A stretch of DNA of 64,000 nt from Vitrella brassicaformis CCMP3155 (Eukaryota; Protista; Chromerida), in contig CDMY01000275.1 in the NCBI GenBank assembly GCA_001179505.1, positions 494,295 to 558,294 on the forward strand. The letters run 5' to 3'. This document shows positions 1-11,546 of this stretch, piece by piece (position 1 is the first letter of the stretch; every line of letters begins with the position of its first letter). Both the position numbers and the translations under genes were made by a program. The notes beneath the pieces were generated by a model. It did not search any database. It saw only the letters and a program-made list of their open reading frames with translations, and was not told the DNA's origin.

Positions 1-241
1 GGCAGCCCACCCGCCCTCGTTCGGCCGCTCGACATCTGACGATGGCATGCGCCGCATTGTGGTGGGCGGAGCGAGTAGCAGGAACGACACACAGCCAAAG
101 GGGTAGGTATGGGTGGGGGAGACACAGAGCGAGAAATGGCATGACCTGGTGTGTGTGTGTGTCTCTGTGTGTTGCAGGGGCGCATCAGGACGATCTGGCA
201 AGGCGGATGACGTGCGTGTTGGCGAGTTTGACGACCACTGA
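1..241 (+). CDS. 3' end of a spliced gene of unknown function (partial)
   Basis: Open frame from position 2, GT donor at 103, (GT)n-rich intron ending TTGCAG at 177, last exon reading GGASGRSGKADDVRVGEFDDH-stop(TGA 239-241). Confidence 0.45.
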
Positions 242-542
242 CTACGATTCTTTTTGCAAGGTGTGTGTGGGGTGGGTGCATACATAAGCCATTGATATGT
301 TGTTCCTTTGAAGCGACAGAGAGACAGACAGACAGACAGGTGGACGGACGGACGGACGGACGGACACAATGATTTGGTTGAGCTCCGAGGGAGGAAGGGA
401 CCACAGACCGACAGACGGGCAGCATGCACATCAATGCATTGCATTCAATCATCACACAGACAGACAGACAATCGAAACGCACACCCATGCAAGAGTTCCA
501 TCCATCCATCCATCCATGTACCACCATTCAGGTGTCTGTCGA

Positions 543-2582
543 TCACGCGTACGTTTTGAGCAGCCACAGGTATGTGATGACGCACAGTGCGATGATGGTC
601 CCCGCTACCGCACCCACCACCTGCAACGTCTTGTCGCTCGTCGCCTGCGTCACTGCACACACACACAACACAACACAACACACCACGACATAACGACACA
701 GACCGTATGAACATGTCTGTGTCTCTGATATCCCTCAACCCATTCATTCGTACGCACCGACGTCCCAGTTTTTCTGGACGACCATGCCGGCGTACGCCAC
801 TGAGTAGTTCCGGTAGGACCTCGCCACAACGTTGAACATGTACCTGCAGGAAGAAGGTCAGACGCCCAATGCGACACCGAAAGAATCTCACTAGTTACTT
901 CTTCCGTGGGCTGATGCCCTCGACGGTGGCGTTGCAAAAACCTGAATTGAGCGAGACATGAATGGATGGATGGATGGATGGGTGCCACACAAACGATTAT
1001 GCTGTGAAGTGCGTTGCCTTACTTACCGCCTGCGCACGCTGAGCCGGGGACGGTTGTGTACGGCCTGAAGGTGTTGAGCTCCAAGCCACACACAGTGTTG
1101 TAGATGCGATCTGACACCACACCCCGCAGCACAGACAGCACAGCACAGCACACATAGATGCGTGTCATGTGCACACACACACAGGGGGGCTCACTCACCA
1201 GCTTTGAGGAATACAGCAGGGACGGTCCTGTTGTCGGTGTCGAGCAGCAGAGCTGAATACACACTGTAGTCCTCCGTCTCGCTGATACCTGCAGTGCAGG
1301 CACACCACACAGCACGGCACAGCACAGCCACACGCGACGCGTGGCATTCGCTGTATGTTGCCATTTATCATATATGTGGGGGGGGCGGGGCGCACATACC
1401 GACGGGCACATAGCTGGCAGGGGTCCACTGCAGCTCCACACTCAGCTCTGCAGACAGCCAAAGACAAGTGGGGACGGGGTTGGTCTCCTTCCTTTACGCA
1501 CCTGAGAGTTGTTTGATGTTCAGTCTCCCCTGCACTCCCGGCCTCGGGAATGCACCTGCACCCACCCATCCATCCATCCATCCATCCATTGGGAGTGGAA
1601 GAGCTTGGGCATCCGTGCGCATTTTCCACCCAGCCATCCACCCACCTATGTCGGCGAGGACTGTGAATGTGTAGCTGGCCATCGTCCTCGCATACACGGC
1701 AAAATAGTACTACACACATTCGGAAGGGACGCCAACTGAGAAAGGCCTGAACGTGCAGTCTGCTGCCTGGCTACCAACCTCTGTGGACACGAGTGGCACC
1801 TCAAAGAACGACGGAGCTCCATCTCGCGACCCATCCGTCACGCTCTTGAAATGAGTCCTGACACACACACACACAACGCCACACAAAAGTCTGTGCATGT
1901 GGCATCTGTTCCTTCGCCCGGCCCTCCCTCCCTCCACCCACGCACCCACCCGCCCACCCACCCACCCACCAGGTGCCCGAGTAAGGGTCAGGGTAGCATT
2001 GTCTTGTCTTTCTGACGTACAGGTAGACGACCCCCCTGCAGGGCTCGAGGTGTATGATGAGTTTCCTATAGGCGTCGGGCTGGTTGATGGTGGTGACATT
2101 GACGTTTCTGTAGAAGTAGAGGTGGCTGTGGTTGGCCACGATGTCGCGCCTGATGACCTCACCCTCGCTGATCACCGTTATGTTGCTCACCGTGTCGTAG
2201 AACTCGTGTGGACATCTGAACCCATCCATCCATCCATCCAAGTGGTAGCCATTGCAAATGACGTTTGTTTGCTGTCTGGCGCTTACGCAGTGGACTTGCC
2301 GACGGCAGGTGCGTCCGGGTTGAGGATTTGAGCGTCCGCCGGCGCCAAGATGCACACGAAGACCAGAGTCCATAACAGCGCAGCGGCCGCTGCCGCTGCC
2401 CCAGATCTCACTTCAGATGTCGTTGTCGTGAAGGATGCCTGCAATATTCGCGCAGGTACTCGTTTGCTGAGCCTTTCCATCCGTCGGCGCAGGAATTTAC
2501 GTCGGTGCATAGGAGGTGGATGTGACGCATTCTCACTAACCTTTGGAACATCATCGATAAAAGACATGCTATCTATCAGCAT
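543..2582 (-). CDS. Multi-exon type I membrane protein with signal peptide, FN3-like domain(s) and C-terminal TM helix
   Basis: Spliced exons read: ...LLWTLVFVCILAPADA-QILNP (signal peptide and cleavage site), HEFYDTVSNITV...LEPCRGVVYLYVRKTRQCYPDPYS, YTFTVLADI, ELSVELQWTPAS, TEDYSVYSA, NTVCGL, FCNATVEGISPRKKYMFNVVARS (FN3 E-F strand pattern), then TM VVGAVAGTIIALCVITYLWLL-KTYA-stop at 543-545. Introns are GT-AG. Confidence 0.75.
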
Positions 2583-2851
2583 CGATGGATCCGCTCGCTA
2601 TGTGCCAAGCAGGAGATAGATACTAATTGGAAGCGGCACGGCACAGAGGCGTGGGCAAACCCACGGAAAAGAAACACACACACATACACACACACACACA
2701 CACTCACAAGCAGCTAGCTGTCCACTGACCTGACTGACGTCCACACACGGCACAGACGCACGCACGCATAGGGACAGACACAGAGAGAGAGAGGGTGGGG
2801 TGAGTGGAATGTGTACGTGTGTGTGTTCGTGTAAGCAAGTGCCACACATCA

Positions 2852-2975
2852 CACCACCAGGAGGAAACAAGTGCAAAACTGGTTTTCCAGCTCCATAACC
2901 GTTTTCCGCCCGGAAAACCAGACACCCCCAACGGAAAACCAGACACGCTGTACAGAAAACCAGCAGTGCTGTACA
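2852..2975 (+). repeat. Left end of the GAAAACC satellite/foldback-like repeat family (copy 1, runs into N gap)
   Basis: Essentially identical to 5260-5385 (caccaccaggaggaaacaagtgcaaaactgg...gaaaaccagcagtgctgtaca). Confidence 0.85.
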
Positions 2976-3339
2976 NNNNNNNNNNNNNNNNNNNNNNNNN
3001 NNNNNNNNNNNNNNNNNNNNNNNNNNNNNNNNNNNNNNNNNNNNNNNNNNNNNNNNNNNNNNNNNNNNNNNNNNNNNNNNNNNNNNNNNNNNNNNNNNNN
3101 NNNNNNNNNNNNNNNNNNNNNNNNNNNNNNNNNNNNNNNNNNNNNNNNNNNNNNNNNNNNNNNNNNNNNNNNNNNNNNNNNNNNNNNNNNNNNNNNNNNN
3201 NNNNNNNNNNNNNNNNNNNNNNNNNNNNNNNNNNNNNNNNNNNNNNNNNNNNNNNNNNNNNNNNNNNNNNNNNNNACCACATACATAACGGGCCGGCTGG
3301 GTGGGTGGGTGGGTGGTTGCCTGCGCACAGGTTATTTTA

Positions 3340-4900
3340 AGCAACCCTCGGCCTGCCTGAGGACGCGTCGAAGGCGGAAATCACCAGAAAGTATCGCCAG
3401 CTCTCGAAGGTAGGCACTATCTCTGACGAAGAGGCTCATGCCATCCGTCTGCTGTGTGCATGATGCAGGTGAACCATCCCGATAAAGAGGGTGACCCTGA
3501 AGTGCAAAAGCGCTTCGACATCGCGTACGGGGCGCTCACCAAGACCAAGGTGCGTGCTGATGTGGGCGTGCACTGCAACTGCCGGCCGGTCGCCATGCAT
3601 CCTCCTTGTTTTCCCCTTCTCTCCATTGTTGCATGCAGGCGGTGAACGAGTTTGAGTTTGAGGAGGGGGATGAGCTGGTGAGCTGAAGGCACCTGCACCC
3701 ACCCCTACAATTCCATTTTGATGGCTCCATCCGTCCGTGTATCCTCCTGGATTGTTTCGTGCTCTGCAGGCCATGACGGTGCATGAGCTGAGGGCAGCGA
3801 GGCAGCTGGTGAGAGCGCCACACACAACACAGTCCTCCACGCCACACACATACAGACAGGGAGACAAAGAGGGAGCTAACTAAGGCTGGGCGACCACTTG
3901 GAAGAACACTCATGCGCATTTCTCCTGTGTGTGAACAGATCAAAAAGCTGACCCGCGAGATTCGCAGCAGGCTGAAGGAACTCGACGAGAAGCTGAAGGA
4001 GGACTTGAGGCGCATCCACGAGGAGATGGCCTACCTGGTCATCGAGAGGGCTGGGGTGCAGGCGGCGCGGAAAACGCCGCGATGGCAATTCTGCGAGCTC
4101 ACCTTCAGTGTTGCGAAGAGGAAGAAGAAGCGATGTCGCTGATGAACGAGCACTACACGTTCTTTGGGCTGGAGCCCACTGCGTCCAACGATGAAGTCCG
4201 TCGCCGCTACTTCAAGTTGTCTCGGGTAAAACGATGCACTGCAGTGCACTGCAGCCATGGAAATGGGGAGGAAAGAGAGACTCGGCTGCTTTGACTAAGC
4301 TGGTGGCCATGCGCTCACTCATTGTGCTGACCGTGTGCTGTGTGGGTGCGCAGAAGAACCATCCTGACAAGGGCGCCAGCACGGAGAAACAGAAGGAAAT
4401 CAACGGCCACTACGCGGCCATCATGAAGGGGCATGGAGTTGATGAGCAGGAGTTGCAATGGGAGAAGTTTGACGAGGAGGTGAGCAGATTCACTGGCCGC
4501 ACCCAGCACAAAGCCAGCACACACACTCGACGATGCCCTGCATGCGGCACATCACATGGATGCTTGTTGTTGCATTGTTGCATTGTTGACCCACAGATGG
4601 CGAGGCTGAGGGCAAAGGCGGGGGAGTCGGCGGCCAAGTTGGAGGCTTTCATCCAAGCCTCGGACGAGGAGTTCGAAGCCTCGCTCGAGGAGGCGGACGA
4701 GTACCTGGCCTACGTGGTCATCGGAAAAGCTGCGGTACAGAAGGCCATCGACGCCTACGTCGACCTCACCCTGCCGCCTCCCAAGCCCGACAGCCCCACA
4801 CAACCACAAAGCCGGCGTTGCCGCGGGGGATGTGTTCTTGAATGGATGCTCATCGTTGCCTGCATTTTATATCCTGTGGAAAGTTTTGACCATGAACTCG
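3340..4900 (+). CDS. DnaJ-family protein with two J domains; apparent frameshift between them; 5' end lost in gap
   Basis: Exons give TLGLPEDASKAEITRKYRQLSK/VNHPDKEGDPEVQKRFDIAYGAL, a coiled-coil linker (IKKLTREIRSRLKELDEKLKEDL), then HYTFFGLEPTASNDEVRRRYFKLSR/KNHPDKGASTEKQKEINGHYAAI. Both HPD motifs are intact. The frame changes near 4070 (GCGGCGCGGAAAACGCCGCGATG). Confidence 0.7.
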
Positions 4901-5167
4901 CTACGGAAGAGTACGTTATGACTTCTGCACATTTGGATGAGTGCGTGGTTTCCCATTCGGCGACGTCACGTGCATTTCGCCCTCTGTCATATGCACGCCT
5001 AATGGGAGTAAAGCGACATATTGCACAGCTCTTTGAGCAACGCAGTCGCCAACGACGCGCCAGCTTTCAACTGCACCAAATATGGACGGTCACGAAACGG
5101 GGGCGCCACGAATCCCCGCCGATCGTAAATTTCCTCCGTCGGGGATCTCTCTCACAACCAGCCACCT

Positions 5168-5201
<34 letters not shown>

Positions 5202-5259
5202 TGTGTCCATCGGTGCGTATACATGTGTGTGTGTGTGTGTGTGTGTGCATCGTGCACTG

Positions 5260-6168
5260 CACCACCAGGAGGAAACAAGTGCAAAACTGGTTTTCCAGCT
5301 CCATAACCGTTTTCCGCCCGGAAAACCAGACACCCCCAACGGAAAACCAGACACGCTGTACAGAAAACCAGCAGTGCTGTACAGAAAACCAGCAGTGCTG
5401 TACACAGAACCGGGTTTTCTGACAGAAAACCAGCAGTGCTGTACAGAAAACCGGGTTTTCTGACGGACAATCGGGTTTTCTGACAGAAAACCGAGTTTTC
5501 TGACAGAAAACCAGGTGCGCCAACAGAAAACCCGCAGCCCCGTACAGAAAACTGGGTGCCCGTACAGAAAACCCGCAGAGCTGTACAGAAAACTGGGTTT
5601 TGGACACAGAGAACCGGGTTTTGGAGACAGAAAACTGGGCCCCTGAGGCCTCCCGAGTGCTCCCTGATGTCTGCTGGATGCAGGCTGATGCCTGCCGACT
5701 CCTCCCCGGTGCATGCTGGTGGTTTCTGGCCGATCGGCCGACTCATGCCGTCTCACTGAATGCGATACATGGATGATCAACTGACAGGCAATGTCTGTCG
5801 TCTGACGGCCGTCGGCACCACACCGAAAAACACGCAATGTACCCCTGCCGCCGACAGTCACATCCCCACACCCACACCCACCCACTCCCAGCATGCACCG
5901 GGGAGCAGTCGGCAGGCATCAGCCTGCATCCAGCAGACATCAGGGAGCACTCGGGAGGCGTCAGGGGCCCAGTTTTCTGTCTCCAAAACCCGGTTCTCTG
6001 TGTCCAAAACCCAGTTTTCTGTACAGCTCTGCGGGTTTTCTGTACGGGCACCCAGTTTTCTGTACGGGGCTGCGGGTTTTCTGTTGGCGCACCTGGTTTT
6101 CTGTCAGAAAACTCGGTTTTCTGTCAGAAAACCCGATTGTCCGTCAGAAAACCCGGTTTTCTGTACAG
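5260..6168. mobile_element. Foldback-like palindromic element built of 20-21 bp GAAAACC subrepeats (copy 2)
   Basis: About 5440-5718 is the near-perfect reverse complement of 5887-6168 (two mismatches seen in the unique part), separated by a ~168 bp spacer. Arms consist of units such as gaaaaccagcagtgctgtaca and gaaaaccgggttttctgaca. Confidence 0.75.
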
Positions 6169-6692
6169 NNNNNNNNNNNNNNNNNNNNNNNNNNNNNNNN
6201 NNNNNNNNNNNNNNNNNNNNNNNNNNNNNNNNNNNNNNNNNNNNNNNNNNNNNNNNNNNNNNNNNNNNNNNNNNNNNNNNNNNNNNNNNNNNNNNNNNNN
6301 NNNNNNNNNNNNNNNNNNNNNNNNNNNNNNNNNNNNNNNNNNNNNNNNNNNNNNNNNNNNNNNNNNNNNNNNNNNNNNNNNNNNNNNNNNNNNNNNNNNN
6401 NNNNNNNNNNNNNNNNNNNNNNNNNNNNNNNNNNNNNNNNNNNNNNNNNNNNNNNNNNNNNNNNNNNNGCCCAGACCAAGCCAGATCCTTCATTACCACC
6501 ACGCCGACGGTGCCTTCCGGCCTCCGCCATCACGTGTCCACCACGAGATGGTCCATCTCGGTCACCGACGGCTACCGACGGCGCTTCATACCTCAGATCT
6601 GGCTTGCTGCCTTAGCCTCACGTGCCTGCCTTGGTGGTGGTTGGATCTGTCATGTGTGTTACCGTATGGGTGTCAGGTTCGTGGTGACGGGG

Positions 6693-6858
6693 AGAGCCTC
6701 CAGGCGCCAGCCAGCGAGCAGGTCCTCACCGATGCCGACAAAACCAACACAGCTTGGAAAGAAATCGAACGAAGTAGAGCCTCCAGGCGCCAGACAGCGA
6801 GCAGGTCCTCACCGATGCCGACAAAACCAACACAGCTTTGAAAGAAATCGAACGAAGT
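6693..6858. repeat. 83-bp direct tandem duplication
   Basis: agagcctccaggcgccag...gaaagaaatcgaacgaagt begins at 6693 and again at 6776, with about 2 mismatches. Confidence 0.85.
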
Positions 6859-7597
6859 CAGAAGGTCCACGCAAAGCCGACGAATCCGCACGAATTGGAT
6901 GGATGGAATCCGGCTAATTATGCAATCTTAGCGTGATCTACAAAAACTCGGCTAGGATGAGACGCTAACCCCCCACCGAGCCCCCAGTCTTCGCACTTCT
7001 GGACGGTCCTCCCGACGGGGCGGCAGCGGCAGCGCCAGCATCAGCAGTCTCTCGCCACTGCAGCGACGCCACACGCGATCCGATCCGTATCCTTGCCAGT
7101 GCGACAGCCATCAGCACGTCAACCAGACCGCGCAAGGGCATCGCCAGAGACAGATGGACGCTCCTGCTGTATATCCTTGCTGGCAGGAGAGCGGCAGCCG
7201 CTCAGCAGCTTGCTTTCCCCGTCCTCCCGAGCAGCCTGCTGGATGCCACGAGAGTGGGCACTCTTCCTGTGAGTGGGTGCGTCAAGGACACGGGTGGACC
7301 GGTATGTGCGCCATTGCAAGCACCACATCGGCTCATGCACGTGTGCATGCAGCCTCCCGTTCTCCTTGATGTGTGTGTGCGTCTTGCAGCCATGGCTGAC
7401 AGTGTCAAGCCGGCGAGAACGACAAGAAGAGGCGGCATTTGCAATGCTCTCGAGGCCAATGCAAAGGCCTTCCTCACGGCGCTGCCAGAGACTCCCCATG
7501 GATGGGCCAACAGGTGCACCAATGCACGCCTCACACCAATGTCTCTCTGACTGCAGGCGCACCACCCCCAAGTGGCTATCACAAGCGCACCATAACA

Positions 7598-8205
7598 GCT
7601 CCATAACCGTTTTCCGCCCGGAAAACCAGACACGCTGTACAGAAAACCGGTTTTCCGTGCAGAAAACCAGCAGTGCTGTCAGAAAACCAGAAGTGCTGTA
7701 CACAGAACCCGGTTTTCTGACAGAAAACCAGCAGTGCTGTACAGAAAACCGGGTTTTCTGACGGACAATCGGGTTTTCTGACAGAAAACCGGCAGCCCCG
7801 TACAGAAAGCCGAGTTTTCTGACAGAAAACCAGGTGTGCCAGCAGAAAACCAGCAGCCCCGTACAGAAAACTGGGTGCTCGTACAGAAAACCCGCAGAGC
7901 TGTACAGAAACTGGGTTTTGGACACAGAGAACCGGGTTTTGGAGACAGAAAACTGGGCCCCTGACGCCTCTTGAGTGCTCCCTGATGACCGCAGGATGCA
8001 CACCGATGCTCGCCGACTGCCCCCTGGTGCATGCTGGTGTTTTCTGGCCGAACGGCTGACTCATGCTGTCTCACTCAATGCGATACATGGATGATCAACT
8101 GACAGGCAATGTCTGTCGTCTGACGGCCGTCGACACCACACAGGAAAACACGCAGTGTACCCCTGCCGCCGACAGTCACATCCCCACACCCACACCCACC
8201 CACTC
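7598..8205 (+). repeat. GAAAACC repeat family copy 3 (left arm plus spacer, no inverted arm)
   Basis: Colinear with 5295-5886, including the unique spacer (atgcgatacatggatgatcaactgacaggcaatg...), diverged by scattered substitutions. Confidence 0.85.
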
Positions 8206-8444
8206 CCCCGCCCACCCACACAGGAATCAGTGTATAGAGAGACAAACAGCCCCTTAGTGCTTCCTATAGTCATCAAGTGTATTCGAGAACTCAGCAATGA
8301 GAAAAGTGTCCTCCTGACTCTTCGGAACAAACAGGTATGCACGCGCAGTGCGTGCATAGGATGATCGGCATTGCGTTGGCCCGTATTGGCCAAACTGAGT
8401 GGATCGTGGGGTGGAGAACGAAATCCACACGATGAAGCAGGCGC

Positions 8445-8985
8445 GGGCCACGCCTTCATAGGCGGGGATTTCGTCGATATAGACGGAGCACGCCATCTAT
8501 ATAGGTCCGACATGCCCATGTAGGCCCCAGACGCGCCTATAGGCGGAAGTAGAGGCGGAACTATAGGCGGAAGTAGTGCCACATGCCGGCGCAATGCAGC
8601 CGCGCCTATATTGGCGCGTTTGGCGCGGATGTGGACTTGGTTTGATAGACTTATTCGAAATTATAACTCGTGAGACAAACATTCATTCATCCATCACTGC
8701 ACAGGCCATGCGTCTGAGCTGGTTCATGCACGCTCCCCTCTCGCTCATGCAGGCTACGTGTCTTTTTGTCTGTGCTAAACCTCTTCTCTCTGTCTCTCTA
8801 CCAGAACTTCTCTTCAGCGAAGGGGTACACCGGTGGGTGGAAGTGAGTGTGTCGATTGGACGCTGTCCTTTGGCAGCACGCAGGAGGGAGAGGTGACGCG
8901 GAGGGGCTTTGGAAGGGTTTCTTGGATGAGACGTGCGCCTCTGTCTTCCTGCATGCGCTTGCCGCGTTTAAGGTTTAAAGGCTTA
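8445..8985 (-). repeat. Dispersed repeat, inverted copy of 16335-16675, with degenerate TTTAGGG-like end
   Basis: 8835-8925 is the reverse complement of 16405-16480, and 8455-8540 is the reverse complement of 16575-16675. It ends in gtttaaggtttaaaggcttaggg. Confidence 0.7.
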
Positions 8986-11394
8986 GGGCAGGTAACTTGA
9001 TCGGCGGCTTGAACCAGGCCGTCGCTGGTATAGCTGATGTAACGTGTGCTCTAACGTTGCGGCGACATAGCTGATCGTGTGCTCTAACGTTGCGGCGACT
9101 GCAAGGCAGATAGCCACATCCGAGAGAGGATTTCGTCACCTCGGACCAAAGCATCTACTCAGGTATGTGATCATGAGCACACGCTCGTCACGCTAGCCTT
9201 CCCGGCATGCTCGGTTTTGCTCCTTTCCACAGAGTGCTGTGTCCATCGTCCACTCTCTCACTACCAAGGCTTGTGTGGCCGTCTATCTTGGTGCATATGC
9301 GATGCTGTATTCAGACATTCTCAGCGTCCCAGTGTTGACGTCGCGTGCTAATGTACCTGTTTATGACATCCACAGGAGCGCAGACTGCCACCCGACTGAC
9401 TGGTCCACACTACACCAACCACGCGACCTGCCAACCACGCTGTCTGGCGCACCATGCACACTTGGCTGTCTGGCTTATGTCTCGCTGTGTGATGTGTTGT
9501 GTTGTGACGCAGGGTGGGTGTCCTGTCACTGAGTGAGCTAACCCGCATGGGAGGCTGAATGTGGGCCTCACTCACATAGGGTACGTCACCTCACCCCACC
9601 CCACCCCACCACTCACACACACATGTGGCGGTGTACATGGGTGTGGACGTCTGGTNNNNNNNNNNNNNNNNNNNNNNNNNNNNNNNNNNNNNNNNNNNNN
9701 NNNNNNNNNNNNNNNNNNNNNNNNNNNNNNNNNNNNNNNNNNNNNNNNNNNNNNNNNNNNNNNNNNNNNNNNNNNNNNNNNNNNNNNNNNNNNNNNNNNN
9801 NNNNNNNNNNNNNNNNNNNNNNNNNNNNNNNNNNNNNNNNNNNNNNNNNNNNNNNNNNNNNNNNNNNNNNNNNNNNNNNNNNNNNNNNNNNNNNNNNNNN
9901 NNNNNNNNNNNNNNNNNNNNNNNNNNNNNNNNNNNNNNNNNNNNNNNNNNNNNNNGACCATTACACGGATCACTAGACGGAGTCGTTTGACGCGAGCTAT
10001 GCTAGCTTTTTCAAAAAACCCGTGGAAAAAATTGCATCCATTGCCCACACGATTCTCAGCACACCATGTCGGTAGCACCGTTTTCAAAACCTGGAGAAAG
10101 AAGGGGGAGGGGGTTACCTATTTTCCCCCAGTCGAGAATCGGAGTTAGAGATTCGTCAAACGGATCCCCGCGCTCCGGAGCGAGAGGCCTCTCGCTCCCG
10201 AGCGAGAGGCGAATGGCTCCGGAGCGAGACCTGGCGCTCCAATTGGCCACTGGCCCAATATTCCTGCCATTTTGCTTCATCCCGAAGTCACAAAATATTG
10301 AGTTTGCGAACTTTTCCCTACTTAGCGTATTTTCAGTGTTTCTGGCCACTCCCAGACCTTTGGTCGTCTGTAGCCTTCACTCCTATACGCTGCAAGCCTA
10401 TCCAGTCGACCACTTCTGTAGGAGGTCACCGATCCCGTGTGAGTGGTGAGGTCCGCGTCTCACCACCACTTCTTACTCGCCTCAAGGCACATCAACTGAT
10501 TCCCTGCCCGGAGAGAGGGGCCACCCCAATAAGCCTGAGGCACAGGGCGCCATGAAGTGTGAGTAATCCCCCAAGATGGCTCCCCTCCTTCCGTCTGGCA
10601 GGTGGGCCTTCGGCCTGTCTGTCTGATGGACCTTCCGTAAGTTGCCTTGCCGAGGATTAGCCGGAGCGCGGTGCTACGTGCGGAGGGCAGCCGCGACTCA
10701 ACACGGATAGGGGGCACACTCCAGCACACTACCCGAAGCCCTGATGTTGTCTATCTGTGCCTACTGCGCATAAGCCGTAGAGGCATACCAACACATGTCT
10801 CACACCCTACCGCCCATGTGGACGGATATTTGAGGAGGAAACTAGTCTGTATGACCCCGGAGAGCGTGAGAGAGAGTACAGTTACTCGTTAATTAACAAA
10901 GGAGAGGAGAGAAGCTGACTGAGCTCGTGGTGCGAAGCACCATCGAGGAGGGAATGGAGAAGGCCCAAGCGGCCTTGGCTGGCTAAGGAAATATCCCCTG
11001 GCAGACCGCCACAGGGGCAAGTATGGACGGACTGGGTCATTACGCCAGTTCGGTAAGAAACGATACACTGCTGACAAACGTATGAGCACGATCCNNNNNN
11101 NNNNNNNNNNNNNNNNNNNNNNNNNNNNNNNNNNNNNNNNNNNNNNNNNNNNNNNNNNNNNNNNNNNNNNNNNNNNNNNNNNNNNNNNNNNNNNNNNNNN
11201 NNNNNNNNNNNNNNNNNNNNNNNNNNNNNNNNNNNNNNNNNNNNNNNNNNNNNNNNNNNNNNNNNNNNNNNNNNNNNNNNNNNNNNNNNNNNNNNNNNNN
11301 NNNNNNNNNNNNNNNNNNNNNNNNNNNNNNNNNNNNNNNNNNNNNNNNNNNNNNNNNNNNNNNNNNNNNNNNNNNNNNNNNNNNNNNNNNNNNN

Positions 11395-11520
11395 ACAATC
11401 GCCCCAAGTTGCAGTCGGGCAACTCCCAGGTGTTGTCTTCCCCGAGTAGATCACTGCACGGATTGACGCACGTGGTGCGCTCTACAACGTCAAGAAGCTG
11501 CAGGTCCTTGTCAGGGTAAT
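11395..11520 (-). repeat. Diverged duplicate of the GH3 gene 3' end
   Basis: Translates as LQLLDVVERTTCVNPCSDLLGEDNTWELPDCNLGR versus MPLLDVIELNTCLNPCSDLDGEDNTWESPDCNLGRS at the GH3 C-terminus. Confidence 0.8.
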
Positions 11521-11546
11521 CTCCCTTGTCAGGGTAATAAATATCA

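Noticed and set aside
5340-5640. Regular 20-21 bp repeats resembling a CRISPR array
   Set aside because: Units are contiguous with no unique spacers, there are no cas genes, and the context is eukaryotic.
5067-6917. Long ORFs (275, 385 and 334 aa) over the satellite
   Set aside because: They are translations of the tandem repeat and N gaps, open in several frames on both strands.
9095-9175. Possible Copia RNase H-like peptide (ARQIATSERGFRHLGPKHLLRY)
   Set aside because: Too short and no flanking motifs; could be chance.
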